DNA of 64,000 nt from a virus (IMGVR_UViG_3300042564_000253); one strand, 5' to 3'. Positions 9,786 through 20,953 are shown, counted from the first letter of the stretch. The notes: generated by a model from the letters alone, not told the origin. Numbers and translations: made by a program.

Positions 9786-12700
9786 TTATTTATATTTATT
9801 CAGCCAGCCACCATCTTTAAATGCTTTGATTTCTCCTTTACCCCCTTTGAACTTAGCAGGTATATCAAACTCATACCAGCTATTCCCCTTGCTATCTATT
9901 ACTGTTTTAGGCTCTACACCAAATGCTTTTTTAATAACCTTAGGTTGTTCTGAGTATTTTTTAAGAATAGTTTTAGCTTCTGGATCATATATCTTACCTG
10001 TTATTTTTCCATCTAAAATTGATTGTACAAACTGTATTTCATTTTCAGATATATCAGCCATGTTTTCTGCTAATTTAACAGGATCTTTTGCTAGCTCTTT
10101 ATATTTTTCTATAAACTCTTCACTATCAATAGCTTTGTAGTTTTGTACTTTAGCTGCAGTTTCTGATGTTGGTACTCTTATTTTATTTATGTCACTTCTT
10201 TTACCAGCATAGTCTATTAGTTCTTGTAAATATCTTTCTTGATGATTTTTATCTAATAAAAATTTTTGAGAGAAGTTTTTAAAAGATTCTTCTTCTAAAC
10301 TCAATTCTGCATCTGTTCTAACAGATGGATTATAATTAGCATAATCTTTTAACTTATTTAATTTAGCATTAGCTTCCTCTAAATTTTTAGGCATTATTCT
10401 ATGTGTACCTTGGAAAGCATCAGATTGTAACTGGGTCATTGTAAGAACATCTGGTGTGTCAGCATCTCTTAAGAAATGAATATGTCCAAGAGTTTCTTCA
10501 GGATTACCATGAGCACTAGAACCTTTACCAAATTTATTTTTATTACTTAATCTAATAGTTTGATTTTCTAAAGGAAGATTATTAAAATCTTTTAAGTCTA
10601 TCTCTAGATTTTCTTTTAATCGTTTTAAATATGTGTCATCACTCTCCCACCAAGAACGAAGGCCTTCTGTTTCTACTTTAAGAATTTCTTCCTTTGTATT
10701 ATTTATACGATCAAGAAGAATATCTTTACCACCTCCACTAGCTTTTGTATATCCTAGTTTATCTATACCATAACCAGAACGATCTGTAGCTACAACTTCT
10801 CTATCCAAAGGAATAAGTTGATCCTGTACTGTTTTTCTAAAGTCATTATAATCCATCTTCTTAGGAATATCTTTTCCTAATACTTGTTTTATCATATCCA
10901 CTTTACTGGCACCACCTGATTCTTTTCCTATAATAGTTAATGCTTGATCTACATTTATAAGTCCTGTTTTAGGTTCTATTATTTTACTAATAGGACCACC
11001 TTCCATTGTAGCTGATAAATGTAATCCTGGAAGTTCTTGTGATTTCCAAGATGGTTTTACATTAGGTGTAACATCATCCATTGTTAAATAAGGAGTCATT
11101 CCTTCAGGAATATCTCTTGAAGCAGACGTATTACCTACAGGACTATTTGCATATGCCTCAGGATTAAAGTTTGGATTTCTTTTAGCAAATCCAGGTTCTT
11201 CCCAATAATTAACAGGACCTCTTGTTACTTTACTAGTTATTACATTCTTTGCTTTTGATTTTAATGCACTTCTAATAGCTCCTACTCCTTCAGCTGCTCC
11301 CATAACATCTAGTGCAAACAAAGCAGCATCTTGCATATTTGCAGCCCCCTTACTAGCAGCCATTCTATTTAATGGAGCATTATTCTCAGCTATTCTTTCT
11401 AACTTCTGTTTATCAAACTTAGCTTGTTCTCCTGGTTTAGGAGTGTATTGAGAGATGGTAGCCTTAGGTGTGTTCATTCTTGCTAATCTTTCTTCAGCTT
11501 CTTCCTTTAATTTTTTATTAATGTTTCCACCATCTTGATACTTATCCAACCAACCACCATCTTGAGCCATAGGAAACTCTGTAACCTTCTTACCATCAAA
11601 CTTATAATCTTGATCAGGATACATCATCTGTGTATCACCTGTATCAGATACACCAAGTACAGGATAATCAACTCCCTGCATAGTGATGTCATTAGAACCT
11701 ATCTCTGTTATTTCACCTGGGTATGCTAACTGACCTCTGTCATCTTTAATCACCCCACCTTTCTGCATCTTCTGTTTAGATTTGATGTAGTCTTGGCCAT
11801 ACTTAGGAACTCCCATTCTTTTATAATCCTCTGGTTTAATATATTCTATTGTACCATCTTTCTTTTTAACTCCCACCACTGCACCACCACCCATAGTTCC
11901 AAAACCCCAACCATTAGGAATAGGAGCCATAAGTTGTTCTCCATCATCATAGTTATATAATTGTTTTGGTTGAGGAGTAGGTTGTTGAATAGGAGTAGTT
12001 ACTGGTTGTTGTTCAACTACTGGAGTTGGTTCAGGTTCAGGTTTTGGTTCAGGTTTTGAAACTATTTTCTGTATAGGTTTTGAAACTGTTTCTTTTATAC
12101 CACTATCTTTTCCATATCTTTTAATTCTAAGTGCTCTCTCCTCTGGAGTAAGCATATTTACTGGTTTTATTAGTATAGGATCGTAATCATATACTGTTAC
12201 ATTTCCTCCTGGATAATCTGAACTTTTAGGAAGATAATTAATCCTTCTTTGTGGAGATATTCGTTTATCAACTATTGCAAATGGAGACATTAAATTTTGC
12301 ATTGGAGTTACAAGATCTCTATAATACTCTTGGTATTCAGAACTACCTTTAGTTTGAGCAAGACCTTTATTTTCTAATTGACGAACTTGTTCAGGAGATA
12401 GATTAAAAATCTTTTTATATTCATTATCAAATGCATATAATTTATTAGCTCTACGTTGTATTTGAGTACGATAAAAATCTAAGTTTGCTTGTCTTAAATC
12501 CTTATCAGTATCTCCATAAAAATCAGAAACCCACTCTTTCATAATCCTACCAGCTTTCATTTCATTTTCATAAAACTTATTAAGAGCTATTTGGGAATTA
12601 TATAAACGAGTACTATCTGCTGTTGTAGGAACAGGTATTGCTTTTCCACTCTGAGCAGAAGCTAATGTCTTCTTAGCATACTTGCCATTACTAGGAGCAG

Positions 12701-12938
12701 GGTCTTGCGTACGTGCGTATGTGAATCCTACAGCACCTGGTAGTGCACCACCCATTGCCATAGTGCCCCCCCATGATCCATTATAGTCAAAGCCTTTGTT
12801 AGTTGTTCCTTCACCCACCCAACCTGGACCAGCAGTGGAATATCCTTCATTGGCATTCTCTCGTTTGCCATAGTTATCCTTAGTCTTTTTCTTTAAGACC
12901 AAGCCTCCTTGTTCGTATTTGTCTAACCAGTTTACCAT
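9786..12938 (-). CDS. Large structural protein, 1050 aa, with a PEPKPEPEP linker and three copies of a (D)GGWL(D/N)KY peptide.
   Basis: The ORF carries the motif at its N-terminus (MVNWLDKYEQGG), mid-protein (AQDGGWLDKYQDGG, encoded around 11548-11580) and extreme C-terminus (KDGGWLNKYK, around 9789-9818). Confidence 0.65.
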   Translation of the reverse strand: MVNWLDKYEQGGLVLKKKTKDNYGKRENANEGYSTAGPGWVGEGTTNKGFDYNGSWGGTMAMGGALPGAVGFTYARTQDPAPSNGKYAKKTLASAQSGKAIPVPTTADSTRLYNSQIALNKFYENEMKAGRIMKEWVSDFYGDTDKDLRQANLDFYRTQIQRRANKLYAFDNEYKKIFNLSPEQVRQLENKGLAQTKGSSEYQEYYRDLVTPMQNLMSPFAIVDKRISPQRRINYLPKSSDYPGGNVTVYDYDPILIKPVNMLTPEERALRIKRYGKDSGIKETVSKPIQKIVSKPEPKPEPEPTPVVEQQPVTTPIQQPTPQPKQLYNYDDGEQLMAPIPNGWGFGTMGGGAVVGVKKKDGTIEYIKPEDYKRMGVPKYGQDYIKSKQKMQKGGVIKDDRGQLAYPGEITEIGSNDITMQGVDYPVLGVSDTGDTQMMYPDQDYKFDGKKVTEFPMAQDGGWLDKYQDGGNINKKLKEEAEERLARMNTPKATISQYTPKPGEQAKFDKQKLERIAENNAPLNRMAASKGAANMQDAALFALDVMGAAEGVGAIRSALKSKAKNVITSKVTRGPVNYWEEPGFAKRNPNFNPEAYANSPVGNTSASRDIPEGMTPYLTMDDVTPNVKPSWKSQELPGLHLSATMEGGPISKIIEPKTGLINVDQALTIIGKESGGASKVDMIKQVLGKDIPKKMDYNDFRKTVQDQLIPLDREVVATDRSGYGIDKLGYTKASGGGKDILLDRINNTKEEILKVETEGLRSWWESDDTYLKRLKENLEIDLKDFNNLPLENQTIRLSNKNKFGKGSSAHGNPEETLGHIHFLRDADTPDVLTMTQLQSDAFQGTHRIMPKNLEEANAKLNKLKDYANYNPSVRTDAELSLEEESFKNFSQKFLLDKNHQERYLQELIDYAGKRSDINKIRVPTSETAAKVQNYKAIDSEEFIEKYKELAKDPVKLAENMADISENEIQFVQSILDGKITGKIYDPEAKTILKKYSEQPKVIKKAFGVEPKTVIDSKGNSWYEFDIPAKFKGGKGEIKAFKDGGWLNKYK

Positions 12939-13804
12939 TACTTATAAGAGATTTGAGCAGGTGTAATAATGAATTGAGAAACAATGTGAGCTGTAGAACT
13001 GTTATCAAGGATATGTCTTACCTTCAAGTCTTTAGCTCTTAATGGTTCTTTCTTAAATGATCTTTTTCCATAATCCATATTCACTTGATTTACAACCTTA
13101 TCTATTGATAAAGATTCACAACTTGTTGTAAATAAAGGTAATGCTTTATTTTTAACTAACCCCCAGAAAGTATTATATTGATAGAAATTATCTGACTTAG
13201 TATAAGTGATAGTTTTGCTTTCAGTATTATAGATTGGGTAGGTTAAGTATTGTTTTAGGTTATGCATTGGCTTAGGTACTAACTCTAGTATACCTGTGGA
13301 CTGTTGGCTATTGTATAATACAGCTTTGTTAAACCATTGATTATCAACAGCTATCTGAGCATTGTCATTAAACACACCATCTACAATAGGTAGGTAGTTA
13401 TATACCTTACTGTAGTCTTTTACATTCTGAAGTATCTCATCATAGCTCTGATAAGAGAATGGATACTCAATGATGTAAGGTTCTACATTGTCATAGTATT
13501 TGTTATAGTGCATTACACTTGTTAAGTGTCTCCACATAGATCCTGTATTACATACAGTGTATCTTAATGCAGCAAGATCTTCTATAGTGGCAGTACCAAT
13601 TGTAACTTCTAAAACTGTATGACATTTACCTGTAGATGTTATAATAATCTTAGTAACAGCATCATCTACACTGACAGTGTACCCATCAATTAGATTTTGC
13701 TTAGTAATGTCAGTGCCCAAGACAGTCCCTAAGTTATCAGTGATATCAAAGGGTCCTGTTCTTCCACCTGAACATGTCAATCTTATTATTACTATTTTAG
13801 ACAT
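12938..13804 (-). CDS. Putative tail fibre / receptor-binding protein, 288 aa.
   Basis: Its N-terminal ~65 aa resemble the N-terminus of the 284-aa protein at 22384..23238 (shared M..IVI.RLT..G.TGPF and GY motifs). It lies in the tail region. Confidence 0.5.
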   Translation of the reverse strand: MSKIVIIRLTCSGGRTGPFDITDNLGTVLGTDITKQNLIDGYTVSVDDAVTKIIITSTGKCHTVLEVTIGTATIEDLAALRYTVCNTGSMWRHLTSVMHYNKYYDNVEPYIIEYPFSYQSYDEILQNVKDYSKVYNYLPIVDGVFNDNAQIAVDNQWFNKAVLYNSQQSTGILELVPKPMHNLKQYLTYPIYNTESKTITYTKSDNFYQYNTFWGLVKNKALPLFTTSCESLSIDKVVNQVNMDYGKRSFKKEPLRAKDLKVRHILDNSSTAHIVSQFIITPAQISYK

Positions 13805-13837
13805 TCTTTTACATATTGTTTTAACTAATATACATCC

Positions 13838-16800
13838 TTAAAGTTGTATGCAATCATCATCCTCACAACTTGATTTAGGTCCATATATTGTTGGTAAATC
13901 GTTTACATTAGATGCTGCTGTTATATCTGTAATTGTATAACACATTCTATCTGGAGGAGACGCTTGGAATGCATATACGTCATACAATGCTAATGATAAT
14001 ATACTTCTATAATCAGTTCCTACACCACCAGTACAAGGTGTAAATGTGTAATAATTATAACTTGGTGGTGTTATAGTGGTGGTAGTACTAGTTGTAGTTG
14101 TTGTTGTAGTACTAGTAGTAGTTGTTGTAGTAGTTGTACAATTTGTACAAGCTGCTGTTCCTTCTAATGTACAAGGAGACTCTGTTACCACTGCTGTACC
14201 AGATAGGTTACAGTAGTATATAACTGTTGTAGTAGTAGTTGTGGTAGGAGAAGGAATCTCTGTTACAGCCACTGCTGAGATGTTACAACCTTCATTTAAT
14301 CCTGAATAGAAGAAATTGTTTTCTCCTATGTAGAAGTTAGGTATGTATGTATGAAAGCTCACCCAACTCTTAGTATTAAAGTTGAAGGATACTGTCCATG
14401 ATTTATTACAGAAATAGTTTAAGTCTGTTATTTCAACATATCTCTTAACTGAAGTGTTTCCAGCTACAGGTTGATTTACATAAAACTCTTTAGTCAACTC
14501 ATCATATAATACGTTCTTATCTGGCTGAGGGATATAGTCTAACTTAGTGATAATCACTCTATCATACTTACTATCATACACACCATGAAGACCAATGTTT
14601 TTAAAATGATTATCTATGTCAACAGTAGGATAGTATCTCAATATCTCAAATGACAAATGGTCTGTAAAGAATCTGTTAAGACCAGAACCATATCCAGATA
14701 TGTCAGTTGCTTGGGTACCAGTTATTAAGAATATCTGTCCTCTCTTAGCATCTACAGTTATTTGTCCTTGAGGTATCTTAAGTAAGAACTTATTCTGACT
14801 ACCCACATATCCAAGATCTGTCTCAGCATAATCTATAGGAGGTGGTTCAACACTGCTGAATAATGAAGGATTACCTAAATAAGCTGCTTGAGGATTGCTT
14901 GTATTCACTGTTAACATGTTACCATATAACAATGTCTTGTTCTCAAATCTAGCTAACGTAGCTCTGTTCTGTATACCATCTAAAGATACTAGATTACCAT
15001 AGTTCTGAGGAAAATCAAAGAAACTTATTGGACGATATATCAACCAGCTATTTATTCTGTTATCAGAATAACTTTCTTGTCTATCAGAGTATATTGCTCT
15101 GAATGGAAAGTATGTATAACATAATTGTTGTTTCCAATCTGAAGGCAAATGAGAAAAGAAATTCTCTGTGTTTTGCTTAGAAAAAGTATTATTGTAATAG
15201 TATGTATTATCAAATGTAATAGGCACCACTGATTCTTGGAACCAAGTATCAGGAATACCTGAGCTTACGTGTGGGTAGAAGTCACCTTCTAAGTTATTAA
15301 AGGCTTGACGTAAGTCTATATTGATAGAAGTTTCTACATAGTAATAAGGAACACCATAAGCAAATGTATACATCTTACCATCATATACATAGTTTTGGTT
15401 ACCAAGTAATGTTGTACCTGGAGCAGGTGTTGTAGAAGAAGTAGTAGTGGTAGTATTAGGATCATCTACTTTAGTATTATTAGGACAGTCTAGATAATTA
15501 GCTTTTACTGATATAATGTTCTTCATCAAAGTACCACCTACATAATAGTCATACAATACAGATCTAGCAGAATACCAATATTGTGGATATGCTACATTAC
15601 CTATCTCATCATAAAATATATCAGAATCATCTGGAGCTCCCACTCTATTATCAATAAAGAATGGTAGTTTAGTTTTAAATCCAAACTTACCAATAAATGT
15701 ATCTCCACCAAATATCACTTCAGGATCAGGAGAAGGCAATGCTCCAAATATTCTTTGGAATCCTGTATCAATAGTTTGATATGAATATATCTGTCCATAT
15801 TGACCATTGTTAATTGTCTTTATAGAACCATAATATGAAACAACCTTTATAGGTTCCTGAAACTCAGGGGCTCCACAATTTCCTCTTTGTGAAAGTGTAA
15901 ATCTTGAGTTATCACTAATCTTACTTGTTCCTGCTACGACAAGAGAAGTTGTTTGGTTAGGGTATGGTAAAGGTGCTACAAATGCACCATTTCTATTTTC
16001 AATACTTTTAGTGTAAACAGATGATTCTCTGTTCCAGTTATTAAGATCAAGATCATCTCCTACATTCTGTACACCAGGGAATACGTATTGATATCTATCA
16101 AGCTCTCTTTGTTTAATTCCTTGATTGTTTTGAATATCTGCACTATAGTCATAGCTAGATATAGAGTTGAAAGAATATGCAAAGTTTCTTCTAGTAGCAC
16201 CATTTACATATATCTGTAAATAAGTTTGGTATGCTGTGAACATTGCTGTGGCACTAAATCCACCTAGATCAGCAATCTTTTTACTAGAGTTCAATGCATC
16301 TATTTGTGCTTGTATAGTAAGAAGTCTATACATTGAATGTTTCTTCACTTGAACAAAGTGAGCTCTACCAGCTCCAAATAATACACTCTCAAGCTTAAGA
16401 ACAGATCCTAATGTAGGTTGTCCAAAAGAAGTTTCTGGTGAATTAAATACTTGTCTATATGGAGATTGAGCATTATTAAATCCATCTAGTTGATCAGGAA
16501 AACAATTCATATTTACACTACTTCCTGCAACTATTGTAAATTTATCACAACCTGATACAAACACAGGAGTACCAATTGAATTAACTGTTTCTGAAGTACC
16601 TTTTTCTACAATTATAAATTCTGTAACTAATGTAACAGGATTTTGATAACTGAAAGTAGGACTTGGTTGAAAACTTAAAAATCCATTACATCCATTTTGT
16701 GCAGAGATTATAAAAGTTTCAGGTGTAACATTTTGAAACGTAGCAGTACCAGTATTTATAACAGGAAGTGTAAGAGAACACACTTCAGTGGTTGCTGTAG

Positions 16801-18838
16801 TAAATTCAAGACTAGTTACTTCTCCTGTATTGCAACTTGTATATTGTAAAGCACCATTAACAGTGGCTGTAACTTTGTATGTATCACATTGAGACATGTA
16901 CGAATTACTATCCTGAAGTAAGAATGGATCTTTAGCAAGATCATTATATGGATAGTTAGGATAGTAGTATTCTGTTTCTTCTCTTTTATATTTACCTACA
17001 TTTCTTAATATACCTTTAGCAATAATAGATTTGTTTGTAGATCTATTACCTCTAACTATTTTAAATCCAACAATAGCATCTTTCTCAGCATCTGTTAAGC
17101 TAGAAGATTGAATAAGAAATCCTACTTGTTGTACATCTATCTTTACACCTATTGGATAAATAGCGTTAGATGATTGCATCACTGGTTCTATTTGACCTCC
17201 AACATATGTAATAGGAGGAGTCTCAAAATAAGGAGAAACTAATACATCAGGAAATTTATGATGTCTAATTGGTTCACCAGCAAGATCTCCCCATACATCT
17301 ACATTACAAGGATATGTATCTGTGGATTCCCAATAAGAAAAGTCTCCAGATTGGTATGGGTAGGCTTCTCCTATTTTACCAGCATCTCCTATAGGAACAG
17401 GATATGTAACTAATACACTACCTGTATTATATATTTTCCAATAAGGAGCTACAGTTCCTTCTCCAATAAAGTCAGCATTAGTATTATATACAGGAGTTAA
17501 ATCAGTAGAAATTGCTGTTCTACCAGGAATGTGAAAACCATCTGTTTGTTTACCATTGTCTAATAAAAAGACTATTTCAAAGGCATACACTTCATCTCTT
17601 AAATATCCTCTAAGATTAGCAGTGTAGAAACCATCAGCATATGTATTGTTAGCTGGTAACTTATATGTCTCCCATTGAAGTTGAATTTGACTAGCAATGC
17701 TTTGATAGTTAATCCTATCAATAGAAGTGAGATTGTCCCAAACTATAACATCTTGTACGTTTGTAAGGTCTTGAGCAATTTCATAATAAGGAAACTTCTC
17801 AAGTATGTCAGGAAGACTTAAAGGAATATTAGTTGAAGCTTGACCTGTATAAGTGATTGTTCTGTCTTTATCTTGGATATTATAAGTACCCATAAGTTCT
17901 ACAGATGTACCACCATTTATAGTTTTAATAATAGCTATATTAAAATATTGGAAGTATCCTGTAATATCTATATTATTTATACTTATTACAATAGATTTTC
18001 CTACAGAATATTGAAAGTCAGGAGTTGTTACTTCTGTATTTGCAATTGATGTAGGATTAGTAATAGAGTAGTAGGATGTATATGCATCACCTGAAGCATT
18101 ACAATATTGAATAGCAAACTGATATGTACCAGCTTGAATATCTCCACCTACAACAATATCAATAATGTCCAAGCTAGGAATGCTAAAGTTAGGTTGTACT
18201 TTTAACTTGTTACAATCAAGTGTAGGAGGAAGTTGGATTTGTGGATTACAATTATCCTCATTAAGATAAGCAGCAATATATGGAACCTGATCAATGTTAA
18301 TAAATCTTCTTGGATTAAGACCATCTGTCCAATAAACCTCAGTGCTACAGTTGGTAATCTTATGTACAGCTTTATGAATAGGATAGTCAATGTTAAAGTT
18401 TAAACAAGTTGAATTTGCACAAACAGTTAAGTCTGTATCAGGGATTGGAGTACACAATGTACGATATACACAGTCATTGTTTTCCATATATCCTATCTCA
18501 CTTCCTCCTGTTTCAGGATTAGCTAAGAAGAATATGTGTTTGTTTTTCTCTTGTATAAAATGTGTTCCAATAAGTTGATAGCCTTCAGGAAACTCTAGAC
18601 AAGCTTCATTACCAGGCTCGTTTTGATAGTTTACAGAATTAGCATCAAAGTTTTCTAGTGCTGCGTTTAGTGCATAGGAAAGTTTTCCCTTCTGTACTTG
18701 ATTTACAGAAGAGTCCATATCTAGTCCAATTCTTCCAAGATTAAATTCTTGTTTTATGTTAGATGGTCCTTCTTGGTTATCTGCCATATCTTGAGCTTCT
18801 GTTTGGTAATTCATATTGTGCAAAACGTTGTAAGTCAT
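13838..18838 (-). CDS. Giant tail/baseplate-associated protein, 1666 aa, with poly-Thr linkers.
   Basis: A 5 kb uninterrupted ORF. The C-terminal region contains T7-T8 runs (TTTTTTTTSTTTTTTTSTTTT) and a Thr/Ser/Pro linker (NTTTTTSSTTPAPGTT). Confidence 0.65.
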   Translation of the reverse strand: MTYNVLHNMNYQTEAQDMADNQEGPSNIKQEFNLGRIGLDMDSSVNQVQKGKLSYALNAALENFDANSVNYQNEPGNEACLEFPEGYQLIGTHFIQEKNKHIFFLANPETGGSEIGYMENNDCVYRTLCTPIPDTDLTVCANSTCLNFNIDYPIHKAVHKITNCSTEVYWTDGLNPRRFINIDQVPYIAAYLNEDNCNPQIQLPPTLDCNKLKVQPNFSIPSLDIIDIVVGGDIQAGTYQFAIQYCNASGDAYTSYYSITNPTSIANTEVTTPDFQYSVGKSIVISINNIDITGYFQYFNIAIIKTINGGTSVELMGTYNIQDKDRTITYTGQASTNIPLSLPDILEKFPYYEIAQDLTNVQDVIVWDNLTSIDRINYQSIASQIQLQWETYKLPANNTYADGFYTANLRGYLRDEVYAFEIVFLLDNGKQTDGFHIPGRTAISTDLTPVYNTNADFIGEGTVAPYWKIYNTGSVLVTYPVPIGDAGKIGEAYPYQSGDFSYWESTDTYPCNVDVWGDLAGEPIRHHKFPDVLVSPYFETPPITYVGGQIEPVMQSSNAIYPIGVKIDVQQVGFLIQSSSLTDAEKDAIVGFKIVRGNRSTNKSIIAKGILRNVGKYKREETEYYYPNYPYNDLAKDPFLLQDSNSYMSQCDTYKVTATVNGALQYTSCNTGEVTSLEFTTATTEVCSLTLPVINTGTATFQNVTPETFIISAQNGCNGFLSFQPSPTFSYQNPVTLVTEFIIVEKGTSETVNSIGTPVFVSGCDKFTIVAGSSVNMNCFPDQLDGFNNAQSPYRQVFNSPETSFGQPTLGSVLKLESVLFGAGRAHFVQVKKHSMYRLLTIQAQIDALNSSKKIADLGGFSATAMFTAYQTYLQIYVNGATRRNFAYSFNSISSYDYSADIQNNQGIKQRELDRYQYVFPGVQNVGDDLDLNNWNRESSVYTKSIENRNGAFVAPLPYPNQTTSLVVAGTSKISDNSRFTLSQRGNCGAPEFQEPIKVVSYYGSIKTINNGQYGQIYSYQTIDTGFQRIFGALPSPDPEVIFGGDTFIGKFGFKTKLPFFIDNRVGAPDDSDIFYDEIGNVAYPQYWYSARSVLYDYYVGGTLMKNIISVKANYLDCPNNTKVDDPNTTTTTSSTTPAPGTTLLGNQNYVYDGKMYTFAYGVPYYYVETSINIDLRQAFNNLEGDFYPHVSSGIPDTWFQESVVPITFDNTYYYNNTFSKQNTENFFSHLPSDWKQQLCYTYFPFRAIYSDRQESYSDNRINSWLIYRPISFFDFPQNYGNLVSLDGIQNRATLARFENKTLLYGNMLTVNTSNPQAAYLGNPSLFSSVEPPPIDYAETDLGYVGSQNKFLLKIPQGQITVDAKRGQIFLITGTQATDISGYGSGLNRFFTDHLSFEILRYYPTVDIDNHFKNIGLHGVYDSKYDRVIITKLDYIPQPDKNVLYDELTKEFYVNQPVAGNTSVKRYVEITDLNYFCNKSWTVSFNFNTKSWVSFHTYIPNFYIGENNFFYSGLNEGCNISAVAVTEIPSPTTTTTTTVIYYCNLSGTAVVTESPCTLEGTAACTNCTTTTTTTTSTTTTTTTSTTTTITPPSYNYYTFTPCTGGVGTDYRSILSLALYDVYAFQASPPDRMCYTITDITAASNVNDLPTIYGPKSSCEDDDCIQL

Positions 18839-19733
18839 TTCTTACTCTTCTTTGCTTTGTCCATGGATCTTGTTTCTTAATCTCAATGTAAGCCATGATA
18901 AAGGCTTCTTCTGAAAGTTGCTTATAGTAGGCTAACTTAGCTTGTATTTGATTGAATGTCTCATCATTAATTTGATTAGATAAGGTTTCAAAAACTTTAT
19001 ATTTAATGAACGCTTCTATATATTCTCTTACACGATAGTTGTCAGGAATTAATTGGTTACCTACAGCATCATAGTCTGTAGCATAGAATATCATATGAAC
19101 TATACCACAGTTAAAGTTAGTAACAAACTTATTGTCTCTAATATCAAAGCTATCATAACCAGCACTTCCTGGAGTAAACTCATGTACAGGAGGAGCAGTT
19201 GAATAGAATTGCCAAGCATCTGTATAACTTACATCACACTTACCTTGACAAGATATATTGCCTGGTTTTAATAGATATTCTTTTCTTATACCTCTAGCTA
19301 CTTGTTGGTTGGTTTTATATACAGCTTGGATGATATCAGGCATACACGTAGGGCATCCTGTTGTACAATTAGGTTCTACGCAAGGAACTCCACCACTAAT
19401 GATAGGAGAGACTTGAATAGTAGTCTGAGATGCAGCTTGAGAATAGAATGAGTTAGCTGTTTGATATGGACGTTGAGGAATCTCTGTACACATCCAAGCT
19501 TCTCTAACAGCAAAGAAGTTGTCAGGAAGTCTAGCTTCATATCCAGAGATATCTAAGGTTTGTTCAGCAATGACATAACTTGACCTACCCATCTTTTGTA
19601 GACACTTGTCTAAATAAGTTGGGAACATCAAATCATCAACAGCTCCTGTGTCAAAATAAGATTTTAATTCTTCTTTAACAATAGAGTAAATTGGCTCAGG
19701 AGAGACAAAGTTGTATTTGTAATAATATGCCAT
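18777..19733 (-). CDS. Cys-rich hypothetical structural protein, 318 aa.
   Basis: An ORF in the operon containing a CVEPNCTTGCPTC cluster. Its 3' end overlaps the listed start of the 1666-aa gene by ~60 nt, so the true downstream start may be an internal Met. Confidence 0.5.
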   Translation of the reverse strand: MAYYYKYNFVSPEPIYSIVKEELKSYFDTGAVDDLMFPTYLDKCLQKMGRSSYVIAEQTLDISGYEARLPDNFFAVREAWMCTEIPQRPYQTANSFYSQAASQTTIQVSPIISGGVPCVEPNCTTGCPTCMPDIIQAVYKTNQQVARGIRKEYLLKPGNISCQGKCDVSYTDAWQFYSTAPPVHEFTPGSAGYDSFDIRDNKFVTNFNCGIVHMIFYATDYDAVGNQLIPDNYRVREYIEAFIKYKVFETLSNQINDETFNQIQAKLAYYKQLSEEAFIMAYIEIKKQDPWTKQRRVRNDLQRFAQYELPNRSSRYGR

Positions 19734-19739
19734 ATTGTT

Positions 19740-20216
19740 TTAATTTTTCCATTCCCTGTAAAGGTGCTGGTATTTTTCGTCTGTGTTTATGTAATGGGAC
19801 AACAATCTAGAAGTTGTACGAGAGGGTTTGAAATACCAAAGATTTATATTTCTAATTCTAGCAGACTCTTTAAACCACATCCATCCAAAGAAGTAACCTT
19901 CTGTATGGTAATTGAAGTTGTAGATGATCTTACCTTTTTCTTTGCTTCTTTTCCAATCAACTGGTAAGTTAACCATCTCTTTACCATCAACTGTTTTCAT
20001 TTTCTTTCTCTTCTTTTTATTAATAGAGAACTCACCAAAGCCAAAAGGAAGTCTTGCTCTTTCTCCTGTTTCTAGAATGTAGTTTTTGAAATGTTCATTA
20101 TATTGATATATAATGTTTTTCCACTGATCAAATGTAATTTTTACAGTGGGGTTTTTTTTGCAGAAGTTGTTGTAGTTTTCTTTACTGGAGCTTCTCCAAT
20201 CAATCTTGGTTCGCAT
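19740..20216 (-). CDS. Hypothetical protein, 158 aa.
   Basis: An ORF packed between neighbours, with an ATGA start/stop overlap to the upstream gene. Confidence 0.5.
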   Translation of the reverse strand: MRTKIDWRSSSKENYNNFCKKNPTVKITFDQWKNIIYQYNEHFKNYILETGERARLPFGFGEFSINKKKRKKMKTVDGKEMVNLPVDWKRSKEKGKIIYNFNYHTEGYFFGWMWFKESARIRNINLWYFKPSRTTSRLLSHYINTDEKYQHLYREWKN

Positions 20217-20953
20217 TAGCTAGTTGGTTTAGCATTAGTAGCTTGACCATCTATACCATCAAATGTCATGTCTGTTTTAATGCTAAAGTAAGTAGATAAT
20301 AGTTTTTGAGATGTTAACTCTAACACTTGTTTCTCTAAGTAACCAGGACATCCAAACTCTTTATCTAAAGGGTTTAAACAGTAATCTTCATTACTTACTG
20401 GAGGAGTAGGACCACATGCACAGTCTGATGGATATAATATATCATTAGGAATATCTTCTTCAAAGAATGCAGCAATTCTTACTGATTGTAAACTAGGATT
20501 ATTAACATATAAATATCCACCATTTGCTATCCAGTAGTATTGCTCTTTCTTAATGATAGGCAGCTTTAATAAATTTAAATATCTGTTAATTGTGATCTCT
20601 TTAAATCTTCTTCCTTTACCACCCATAGCGTTGATAGAGTAAACACCCTGGATAAGATATTGATAGTTTCCTTCACTAATGCGAGGAAGTTTATATTGGC
20701 TTCTTGCTACATTGCAAGGATCTACATACTCACAACAATCAGAAATAGGAACCTCTACCATACTCAAACAAGGAAGTGTCTGGAATACTGTATCAGTAGC
20801 CCAAAGCTTTCTAAGATTTGTTTCTCTCTTAATTAGTAAAAATGTATTGTTCCTGATCTCAGACGCAACAACCCTATCAGTGATAAGGTTATCTGTTGTT
20901 AATAGTTTGTGCATTGCACGAACATCTGAGACCATTTTTCTTAATGTAGCCAT
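20216..20953 (-). CDS. Hypothetical protein, 245 aa.
   Basis: An ORF translationally coupled to both neighbours through overlaps at 20216 and 20953. Confidence 0.5.
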   Translation of the reverse strand: MATLRKMVSDVRAMHKLLTTDNLITDRVVASEIRNNTFLLIKRETNLRKLWATDTVFQTLPCLSMVEVPISDCCEYVDPCNVARSQYKLPRISEGNYQYLIQGVYSINAMGGKGRRFKEITINRYLNLLKLPIIKKEQYYWIANGGYLYVNNPSLQSVRIAAFFEEDIPNDILYPSDCACGPTPPVSNEDYCLNPLDKEFGCPGYLEKQVLELTSQKLLSTYFSIKTDMTFDGIDGQATNAKPTS

